A program made the position numbers and the translations under genes. From Torpedo marmorata (lineage: Eukaryota), in the NCBI GenBank assembly GCA_977017645.1, contig OZ360241.1:73470001-73534000 (forward strand): a stretch of DNA of 64,000 nt, given 5' to 3'. The notes under the pieces are model-generated. The model worked only from the letters and a program-made list of their open reading frames with translations, ran no database searches and was not told the origin of the DNA. This document shows positions 49,201 through 61,200 of this stretch, in pieces; position 1 is the first letter of the stretch; each line of letters opens with the position of its first letter.

Positions 49201-52200
49201 AGCTCAAAAACCACTCCACGCCGATTCGGCGTATAAGTCGACCCTTGAAAACCCGATTCGGCGTATAAGTCGACCCTTGAAAACCTGATTCGGCGTATAA
49301 GTCGACCCTTGAAAAACCAAAAAAAACCCAACTGCAACAAATTTTCATTGACATTTTTATTGAAAACAACAAGACATTTAGAACCCTTCAAAATCACTTT
49401 CGCTATCATCGTCTGAGGCAAAGATCTCGGCAAGCACATCCGGGGTCTCACTGTTTAAACAGTCATCGTACGGGTCCCAGTCTGTATCTGATGAGGCGTC
49501 TTCAGCTTCGTCGTCAGTGTCCCACAATAAATTATCTTCCGTACCATCAATTGCACAAGAGATACCACACTTTTTAAATGATTTTATTGCAGTCTCTACT
49601 TTCACTTTGTCCCATGCCTTGAGCACGAAGTCACACAGCACATCAAGCATTGCCCAGCCTTTTGTAAATGATTTTTCTGCACTCGTCATCCATGTATTCC
49701 ATTCTTCACGCACGTGGTCTTTGAATGGCTTGTTCAAGCAGACATCGAGAGGTTGCAATATAGACGTCAAACCACCCGGGATAACCGTCATGTAAGTATT
49801 ATGTTGTGCTAATCTACTTTTAGTGTTCTCAGTTAAGTGGCTACGAAACATATCCCAGACCAGCAAACTCCGTTCCTTGCGTAAACCGCCTGGCCGCCTG
49901 TTCCACACATTGTCCATCCATAGTTTTACACCATTTTCATCCATCCATCCTTTTTTCATGAAAATGTACAAAAATACCGGCAGGGAATTTTATTTTAGGT
50001 TTAAATTTACGTTTGAAGATTACCATGGGTCTTAACTTTGTCCCGTCGGCCATGCACGATAACACCACGGTAAACCTGGTCCTTTTATGGCCTGTACTCC
50101 TGGTTTGCACAGTTTTCACACCTTTCCATTCCACTGTTCTATTGCCTATCATGTCAAAATTCGTGGGGGTTTCGTCCATGTTTCCAATATTTGCCAATGC
50201 AAACTTGTGTTTCTGCCGGTTACGTAAAATAAACTGGTGAAAACTTACAACTTTATGATCAAGATCTTTTGGTAGTTTCTGAGCAATTTTTGTTTTTTGT
50301 CGTATTACCAGATTTTTCCTGTTCATGAAACGGTTGCACCAGCCTACTGTAGCTTCAAAATCATTACTGAGTTCTGGGTGCGACTTTGCCCAGATCAGTG
50401 CAAATGTTCTTATTTTTTTCGGGTGACTATGTAGCAATCTTGCCTCTGTTCACGTACCCATGCTGCGACGTGATTTTCCAACTCTGGCCAACGAGTGATT
50501 CCTCTTCTCATCGAACATTGCCCTTTTGGTATTTTTCTTAAAGTATCTTCTTTCTTCCTCCAATCTCTTACCAACTTCTCATATATATCAAATTTTCTTG
50601 CAGCAGCACAGTTGTTGGTTTTCTTGGCCATTTCTATCACTTTTAATTTAAAACTCGCCTCAAACTTTCGTCGTTTCAATTGATCCTCAATGATAACAAT
50701 CACCTCCAGCCAACGCCCAGCAGCTCAATGATCGCGATCGTTGTGGGTCGACCTATACGCCGGTCAACGCCCAGCAGCTCAATCATCGCGATTTTTGGGG
50801 GTCGACCTATACGCCGGTCAACACCCAGCAGCTCAATCATCGCGATTTTTGGGGGTCGACTTATACGCCGGTCGACGCTCAGCATCTCAGGCATCGCGAT
50901 TTTTGGGGGTCGACTTATATGCCGGATATACAATAAAACCATTAAAATGAGGCTGAAAAAGGGAGTCGACTTATACGCCGAAATATACGGTAATTTGGAA
51001 ATTTTAAAAACCATTTCAGCCCACAACATTGGCAATTGCCCGCTTTGAGCAGTGTGAATCAGATGATGTATGGAAAGGTTTGGCATGGGGTTGTAAGTCT
51101 GTGAGTTGGAGGAGGAAGGATTGTGGGAGGAAAGTAAGAAATGCATTTTTCAGGTTCTCAGAAGACTGGATTTTACAAATACCTTCCCTGTAAATCTGCC
51201 AACCCCTGAAAATTGCATTGTTCACTTAGACTCTGATTTAACCCTTTTGGGGTCTGCACTTCGATTAATTCTTTGTTGCTCAGCTGAGTTACCTCAATGT
51301 ACAAGGAAGAAAAAACTATAACTGAAAAATGAAGCAAAGAGACTCACCCAGAAGCATAAACATTGTATTTCATTATTCAGCATATCAATCACCCAAACTC
51401 CTGTATTAGATTCCAGGCTGTGTGTAATTTATTTTCAGATTTCCATCTGATAATAGATAAACCATCTAAATGCCCAATCTTAACTCCCTCCTGCATCTCA
51501 CTCTTGGGAATCTACATTTTAGGTGTGAACCATCTGAACCAGGATCATTTGCTCCACAGTATTCACTGGTCAATACATAAATCATTCAAATCCTTCAAAA
51601 TGGATTCTAATTTGTAACTTGCTCCTGGGTGTTCCAATCTATATGAAAACCATCTGGACCTCATGATTAGACCCAAGCTTGTAATTCACTCTTTGAGATC
51701 TGTGACTCTCTGCATTAACCATCTGATCCCTTTTAATTTGGATTGTAATCTGGAAATCTGCCCAGAAACTCATTTGCAGTACTTTTTTGTCACACCAGAA
51801 AAGCATGTCATAAAATCCAACAAAATAAAAAGCATGGACCTTAGGGATCTTTATGATTGAAAAACCTTGACCTTGATTGGTTTCTGCTTGGTTTGTCCAC
51901 GGCACTTAGAGGAGGAGACAAACTGGTCCCTAGAAATGTACAGGTTGGTGACTTCATTGAAGTCTATCTGCAGGCATCAGCCAGAACCACATAGAGCCTG
52001 CTTTAATTCAATGCCCTGTGTTCGCTTGACTTCATTGCCAGGATTAAGCAGTAAACATAATTTCCATTTATCTGGCAGCTTCCAAATTGTGAAACATCCC
52101 TAAATATTCGTAGGGGTGTCGGCAACCAAAGTCTGACACTGAGGTACATTACGAGGTACTTTTTTATTTGTTTTATGGGATGTGGGCATTGGGAGAAGTC

Positions 52201-55200
52201 TACATTAATTGCTCCTCCCTTATTGGACGTGAGAGGGCTACTGTGAACGGCTTACCCTTTTGTGAAGACATTGTTAATGATAATGATAATGAGTTTATTG
52301 TCATACACATAAGGACAATGCACATATGCATTCAAAATTCTTACTTGCTGCAGCAAAACAGGTACCATGTAACAAGAATATACTTTAAACTATTGTATGA
52401 TAAAGATAACAAATATAAAAAGATAATGACTATTTAGTTACAGTAGTGCAAGTCATTTTAGTATTGAAGATAATCTTTTGTGTTTATGATGATGGTAGTA
52501 AGGGGAAGTTCAAGGGCCTGATAGTTGATGGAAAAAAAATGCTCTTGAACCTAGAGGTGCTGGACTTCAGGCTTCTGTACCTTCTTCCCAAAGGAAGCAG
52601 TGAGAAAATGTTGTGACCAGGGTGATTTATCATGTTGGCTGCCTTCTTGAGGCAGCGCCTCACATAGATATCTTCAATGGATGGGAGGTCGGAGCCTGTG
52701 ATGGAATTGGTGATGTCATTGGGTCCAAACCAAAAGCTTGGTTAAAGATGTGCAGCTGAAGGAAGATTTTCAAGAAGAAAGAGAGGTAAAGAGTTTGGAC
52801 ACTCAGAGGTTTGAGAAGAGTGTTTCAGAGTTTAGGACCTTGACAAATGAAGACATGTCTTCCAATGGTGGAGTTTATAATTTCAGGAATGTGATATAAA
52901 CACAGAAACTTCCAGAAACACTCAGCTGCTCAGGCAGCATTTGATGAAGGGATTCAACTTGTTTTTATTTCACATTTCCTTCATGAAAGGTTTTTGGCCT
53001 GAAATGTTGACCATCTATTGCTTTCCATCGATGTTGCCTGACCTGCTGAGTTCCTCCAGCACGTTGTTTTGCTCCAGTTTTCCAGCATCTGCAGACTTCT
53101 TGGCAACCTTGGTTAAATGGGAAAGGTAAGGGGTTTGGGTGGGATAGTTTTGGATGGTTGAGGAGGAATTCTGATCAGGAATGCATTAGAACAGTCAAGA
53201 CTAGAGGTAGCAAAGCTGTCATTAAATTGGAAAGGGTGTAGAAGAGATTCACCATGATGTCATTAGACTTCAGGGTTTGACATAGAGAGAGCCTACATAG
53301 GCTGGGTCTTCATTCCCTTGAGCATAGGAAGATATTGGGGTGACCTTATAAAGGTATACAAATTCATGGATAAAGTGAGTGCTCAGTCTTCTTTCTCAAG
53401 GTAAATGATTCTAGAACTAGAGAGCATGGATTTAAGATGAGATGGGAAAGATTTAAGATGCACTTGATGGGCAGCGGTTTCACTCAGAGGGTAGTCTGTA
53501 TCTGGAATGAGCTGTCGGAGGAAGCTATAGATGCAGGTACAATTAAGATGTTCAAAGGAGATTTGAAGCAATAACTGGATAGGAAAGTTCCAGAAGAACA
53601 GGGGCAAAATGCTAACAAATGGGACTAGCCCAAAATGCTAATCTCAGAGGCATGGATGAGTTGGTCTTGAAGGGTTTGTTCTATGCCTTATGATGACTCC
53701 AAGTTATTTCGACATATGGACTGAAGCCAGGACACTGTCCTGCTTTATAAATACCGATCACTCCATATGTTTTCTCCTGCCTTTGGACTGGACTGTTATA
53801 AAATTTCCCCTTCTCTCTAACATTGATTAACTGCACCAGGGAGCGCAGCTGCAATTGTCATTCAATTCAAACAAAAGAAATGTCATCTTAATTCACCACT
53901 GATCCCTCAAGGTTCCAGTCCATCCTCAAAACTACTGAGATTAGAACACCAATCCTCTCTGAACCCTGTCACAAACTTCTGACTAATGCGTTGCCCTTTT
54001 CTCTTGTAATTATTGCAGCTCCGCCTTCAGTTGGTTGAAGACCTGAAGTTTATTCCCTAGCTCTTGACGCCATGATGCTGTATACGTGGGATATACAAGA
54101 ATGATTATGCTGTATTGCCTTCAGCTTTATTCCAGTCATATAGCTTGGCAAAAGGCCCTTTAGCCCAACAGTATGACTCCCCGCCATTAAGCACCCACTT
54201 ACACTAATCCTGTTTTAATCTCCCCACATTCCTATCAATTCCCTCAATTCTATGACTCACCTTTACAATGGCCACTTAACCTTCCAACCCACATGCCTTT
54301 GAGAGGCAGGAGGAACCAGGAACAACTGGAGGAAGCTCTTGCAGTCACAGGGAGAATGTGCAAAGTCCAGACAGACAGCACCGAGGTCAGCATCGAACCA
54401 GTTATGCCATTAGAACCTAAGAAATAGGAGCAAGAGTAGGCCATCCGACCTGTCGAGCCTGCTCCGCCATTCAATGTGATCATGGCTAATCTGATGATAG
54501 GCTCATTGTGCTGTTCTTTTTTGGGCTAACTATGGAATTCTACCCCATCGAGGTTGCAAGCTCAAAACCATCTACCCTTTCTCTCCAGATCAAAATGGAC
54601 TTACTTTTACTAGTTCCCCCAACATGCCCCTTTCTCTGCCCACCGCTCTCTGCTCCCACATCCTGTGTTCTAATTTGTTTTCTCCACTGGTGTAAGTATC
54701 CTTCAATGTAACACCCACTTTGTAGAAGAATGCAGACAATTTCAGTCGGCAAAACTCAACTGCAATTTTCTCTTCAGACGATGATTAATTTTGCAGGGAT
54801 AAAATGGAAAAAATTGGAAACAGGCCAGAGGTGACTATCCATTTCGACGAAAATATGCCAAAGTCCATCTTAAATCAGGATTGAAGCAAGAGCAAACCTA
54901 TTCCTATTCAATCATGCAGGGGGCCAACCAAACTTGTATATTCTTCATCCACGATTCTCTCACATGCTTAGATTTAAGACAGAGTTGAGAAGGAACTTAT
55001 TCTCCCAGAGAGTCATGAATATGTTGAATTCTCTGCCCAATGAAGCAGTTAAGGCTGCCTCATTAAATGTATTTTAGACACAGATACATTGTTGAATCGT
55101 AAGGAAATTGGGCTCAGGGGACCAGGCGGGTAGGTGGAGCTGAGTCCATCATCAGATCAGCCATGATCTTATCTTATTGAATGGCGGAGCAGGCTCGACT

Positions 55201-58200
55201 GGCCGGATGGACTATTTCCTATGTTCTAATGCATTCCCAGACAGAGTGACTAGCTGGCTGATGGAAAAGGGCAGCCCAACTGCTTTCTCTGTCATATTCC
55301 TTGGGCGAAGAGGCTGTCAACTCCTTCTCATAACCCTGGCCGTTGACAAGCAGCACATCATGAATTGGGTGAGGTACTCAGCACTTCTCCGCTTGGAGCA
55401 GGAGACCTTCATGCCACAGGAAGGATGTGACAGCACCGGAGAGGTTGGAGATGAAAGTTAAGGCGATGTTGCCAAGATTGAATAATATAACTCTGGGGAA
55501 TGATTCTCCGCTTTTGTTTCCTTTGACCCTGAGAGGGTTGTGGATTGACATGATTGCAATGTAAAATAAAATTCAAGTAATCTCCTTTTTTAAAGTTTGG
55601 AAATCCAGATCATTCTGCATCTGGCTCACCAAGGTTCGGCTCCCACATTCCCACTAAATTCATTGGGGCACCATTCCCATGCCATTTTTAAATTCACAGG
55701 GGCCTGGACCCAAGCTTCCATTCAATACATTGGGGACCCATTTCCTGCATTCTTCTTAAATTCACCAGAGGACTTTCTTTAATCTCACTTGAACATTTAT
55801 TATACTACACTGTATCATCTTACAAAAATGGCATTGTATTTAAAATTGCTTTTAAAATGTTTGCAGGAAAGCATCTGATATGCCTTTACCTACAAAGGGG
55901 TATAGATAGAATAAATGCAAGCAGGCATTTTCTACTGAGGATGGGTGAGACAAGAACTAGAGGACATGGGTTAAGGGTGAAAGGTGAAATGTTTAAAGGG
56001 AACATTAGGGGGAACCTTTTCACGCAGAATGTGGAATGAGCTGCCAGCTAAAGTGGTGAATGCGGGCTCGATTTTGACATTTAAGAAAAATTAGGATAGG
56101 TTCTTGGATGGAAGGGGTATGGAGGGCTATGATCCAGGTTCATGTCAATGGGATTAGGCAGAATAATAGTTCGGCACAGACTAGCTGGGCCGAAGGGCCT
56201 GTTTCTGTTTTGTAGTGTTCTCTGGTTCTGAAGCCATGGATCCGAAAAACAAAAACAATTGGGCTGGATAGCTCTTTTTTGCGCAGAGTGGGCTTATTTG
56301 TCTCTTTCTGCCCAAAGACTCTGATTTTATTAACAACTGTGCCTTTGCATCATTCGTCAACTTGTACATCACTGTTCCAGCGCACAACACCAGAGGACAT
56401 TTGAAAGCGCAGAATGCAGTTAAACTGTGATGTTGAGGGAATGGGCACTAAATGACTACAGTTCTGCAACATTATGATCCTTGGTTTAACTGCAGCTCCA
56501 ATCTGTTCCTGTCACACCATTTGCTGGTAATGCAACAACCAGCCAAGAGCCTGCCAGCATCTGACTGCAGCCAATATCTGGATGTGTTTACCACTACCAC
56601 ACTGTGTTATGCAAGTCAGCAATAAAACCCATGTGTGCATAAACCAGGGGGCACATCTAAATCAACACTTTGCAAATGCAATTCGGGTTACAACTCCAGG
56701 CAGACTATATGCCGGCTAGATATTAATGCTGGCGAGCTCTAATATTGCTGCAGGAACAAATAAATGTCAAGGACAATGATTTGTAGCTGCGGTGTGTGCA
56801 GTAGTAAGAGCATTCATCCAGGTACTTTCTAAAGATCGGGGTGGAGGTAGAAAAAAAAAGCTAGAAAGTGGTAAAGAAAATAATTACTGTAAATCTTTTG
56901 TTTTCTTTAGCTTGTACTCATATCATCAAAGGACCCCTGTTGAGGTAATTAAATTTCTGCACGTTCTTGGAGCGCCTGAACAAAGAACATTGTTGTTGAA
57001 GCTCAGTGCAGCCACTGCAAAGGCTCTGTGGGGAAGGAGCACAGTCTAGGGCACTGAGGGGCTCGTCATGTGTAACAGCCTCTCAAGCACTACATTGGTT
57101 AAGGAGGAAATATGAATGAAATATTGTTAGATAATGTATTGGATTGCTGGTACTACAAATGCAGAGAAAGATTGTATTTTCTGTATATACTTTGAATAAA
57201 GTAGATATTTGAAAAAATAAGAGCATTGGTATTGTTGAGTCAGTTCCTCTTTCACTACCAGCTGTCCCAATTCATTTTAATGACCCCTGTAGGAGAATTT
57301 TCTGTCGGTGATGTACTCCTCAGTTCAATATGTCACCCAAATTCACAGAAACCTGGATGAGGTACATAAGGGGACCTTGGCTCCTGGCTCAACTGCAAGA
57401 AGCAGCAACATTAGGGAAAAGACAGTGGAAATGTTGGCTAAATAAATCATTATTAGGTCATGCTGACTCTCAGCACACGTTGAATGAAGGGTGAAAAAGT
57501 GAAAGCACTGAAAATTGTGCTTACTGGAGTGAAATCTGCTCCTTAATACAGATGAAGTATAACAACAAAGTGCCAATGTTTTACTGGAGGGTTGAGGGAA
57601 GTGACAGCATCTGCCATGTAAACTAACATTTTATTGGGCTTAAATAATTGTTAGTATAGAGAGAATTCGTTACAGCATGGCAAATTACCAGAGATTAATG
57701 GGGAATGTTCTTTTCCCAGCTGTTCCTGTTACAGGGCCCTTTGTAATGAGATGGCTTAATTTAAACCAACTGGTTTGCATATTAAAACATCGAAAGGAAG
57801 TTTACTGTTATTGTATGTGAGTGTGTGTGTGGGCATGTTAGCGTTTGTGTACATTTGTACATGTATTAATGTAAGATGTCAGATTCAGATTTATTGTCAG
57901 AGTACATACATGACATCACATACAACCCTGAGATTCTTTTTCCTGCGGGCGCAGCAGAATTACCACTAATTGGTAGTGCAAAAGTAAACTGTACACAGAG
58001 TAAACATGTAAACAATCAAAAGAACTGCTAAAAGGTAATGAATGAAACTGAAAATGAAACTGACTGTGCAATACAGAGAGAGCAAAGAAAAATCAATAAA
58101 GTGCACGAGTAACAGTCCTTAATTGAGTCTCTGATTTGACTTTGTCGTTGAGGATTCTGATGGTAGAGGGGTAGCAGCTGTTCCTAAACCTGGTGGTGCG

Positions 58201-61200
58201 ATTCTTGTGACACCTATACCTCTCTCCTGATGGCAGCAGCGAGAACAGAGCGTGTGCTGGGTGGTGTGGGTCTTTGATGATTGCTGCTGCCCTCTGACGA
58301 CAGCGTTCCCTGTAGATGTACTCAATAGTGGGGAGGATTTTGCCTGTAATGTCCTGGGCTGTGTCCACTACCTTTTGGAGGGCTTTACGCTCAGGGGTAT
58401 TGGTGTCCCCATACCAGACGTGATGCAGCCGTATGCATCACGGTCTGGTATGGGAACAGTATGCATTAATGTGCATCTAGTAGTATGTCTGCTTGTATGT
58501 ATTAGTCTGTGTGCATGCATGTTAGCATGTATTAGTGTGTGTATCGGCAGGGGTAGTCACTGTTTAAAAGATAAGTAGTGTCGTGGTTAAGATGAGGTGA
58601 AACATTTTCTCTGAGATTTGCGAGCCTTTGGAACTCTGTTCTTCAAAGGATAATGGGATATTTTTTTGATAGCGATAGGTAGAAACTTAAGCAAGAGGGT
58701 TAAATGTCACTGGTAGATGGGAATATGGAGTTGATGTTCCAATCCGATCAGCCAATATCTTCCTAAATTATAAAGGCTAACTCCAGCTCCTAATTTATTT
58801 GTTCTTTGTGAGTGCAAATGAATATACAGACAAATAGTATGAATATGTTGCCTTTTTTTCTGTCAGCATCTCTTTCTTTTCCTGTTAAGAGTAACTGGAA
58901 GTGAGAAGGAAGATCTGACAAAGGACAAGAATATGATGCCGTCATCCTGGATACTGGGAGGAAATGGATTCCATCAGAAGCAACTAAGCAAGAAAAGGCG
59001 GCACTAAAGCATAGGGACATCGTGGGCCAAGTGCAGCAAGGGAGGAATGGTCTTGGTCTTGGGGCCAGTCCACCAGCCTGGACGTCTCAGAGACGCAGGC
59101 TTGTGACGCAGGAGATACGTCGGCAGGAGGAGGCGGCAAGGTACACAAAGGCCGTCACTCAGGCAAAGCAAGGACAATGGACGAGATGGGAGGGAGTGGA
59201 GAAAAGGAAGATCTCCTGGAAAGAGCTGTGGGAGATGGAGACTTTCAGAGCAAGCTTCACCATCAGGGCTGCATACGATGTCTTGCCGTCTGCCATGAAT
59301 CTCAGCCATTGGTATGGAGAGGACCCCATATGCTCCCTCTGCCCGACTTCAGCAACACTAAAACACATTTTAGTGGGCTGCAAGACCAGCCTTATTCAAG
59401 GCCGATACACCTGGCGTCACAACCAGGTGCTACGGTGTCTTGCAGCAGTGCTGGAAAATCGACGGACGAGTGTTAACGCTCTAACTCCCCCTTCATCCCG
59501 CTGGCCATTAACAGCATTTGTCCTGGAAGGTGAGGGTCAAGCCGGAATCACCACATCAAGGTCAGACTCCGGGCGGCTAGGTGGGGCACGTGATTGAAAG
59601 ATGGCGGCAGACTTAGGCCAGAGGCTCTGCTTCCCAAATGAAATCGCGGAAACCAACCTCAGACCAGACCTTGTGCTGTGGTCGGCCTCACTCCATCTCG
59701 TTTATATCATCGAGCTTACAGTGCCCTGGGAGGATGCAGTGGAGGAGGCCGATGAGCGCAAGAAACTGAGGTACGCTGAGCTTGCAGCTGATGTGCAGCA
59801 ACGTGGCTGGTAGGCAAGGGTCCGACCGGTTGAAGTCAGCTGCAGAGGATTTGTAGCCACATCAACATCAAGGCTACTCCGGGAGTTGGGAGTGTTAGGA
59901 AAGATACACCGACAAGCAGTTAAAGATCTCTCCAGAGCTGCTGAAAAGGGTAGTCAGTGGCTCTGGATGAGGAGAAAGGATTCCATCTGGGCACCCAAGT
60001 GAGTGAATGGCATCTAGGGGGTGAGCCCGGGACGCCGGGATTCACTGCTGAACCCTCCGGAGGTGTCGTGGGTCTATCAGCGAAACACTGAGGAAGGAGG
60101 GCGCCCCCTTGATAACCCAGAAGATGCCACCACTCACTTGGCTACCCCGCAGAGTCTAGGCAGCAAGTCTCAGGAGTGCAATAAGGGATATTAACATCTA
60201 GTCCTACATAACATACCTGGTGTAGATGGGGTGAATAGCCCACAGTGCTGAATGGGAGTTAAAGACCCACATTTAAGCCAGGTTGCCCACAGCTGCCCTG
60301 CCCCTATTTACACAGCAGGTTACCAAAATTCTCTCTGACAGTTTGTTAATGGACCGGTTTGAGTTCACCTGCTGCCTTGTGTCTCCCTGCGATTATTATG
60401 TGGAAATATCTGCACCTGCGAAATTGCCGCATCAGTATCTGCCAAACACTGCAAGGAAATGGGCTCTTAGTGCTGTCAGTTTGCAATGTGCAGAATTAGT
60501 GACAACTGCTGCAATGAATCTATCAGACGATCTGGGAAATGACCCTGTCACATGCAGGTGTGCAGGCATCCTTGGGGAGAGACAGGGAGGGAAGAAGGTC
60601 ATGGAAGAACGCCAGCCAGCACTGAGGCAAGTATATCTGTTACTGCTGGAGGCTGGTGCTATAAAATGAGCTGAATTAATTGGCTCCCAGCCAATTAGTG
60701 GCCAACGCAGCAGGTGGGATGAAGTCTGTCAGCAAGAAATGATCATTGACAGTTCTAACTGGTAACTTCTTAGCATGGTGTTATGGGATTCTTCTGCCCA
60801 CTATTTTAATATAGGCATTAATCTTTTTAATTTAACTGGGTGAGTGCTGCCATTAAAAATGCCTATCAGATGAACATCAAACAAATGCATCAGGCATACG
60901 TCACCAAACATCAGATGATTTTATGGGTAACGTTCCTTTATTTGATGCTCAAAGATCTCCAGAAGATCAAGTCTATAATCTGAAATTGCATCTTCCAATG
61001 TCTAATCTCCACACTCCATTAAAGAGCTCCATTTGCTCCTTTTGACCACTTGTAAACTGCGTCAGAGACCCTCTTTCACAGTTCTGTAAACTATAAGGAT
61101 TCATTGCTCACTTATATCATGTACAAGTAAACAGATGTCCTGCTGTCAATCCAGTGTTCCTACGGATTCCTCCAGCAGCAAACAAAATTTAAACCTAATT

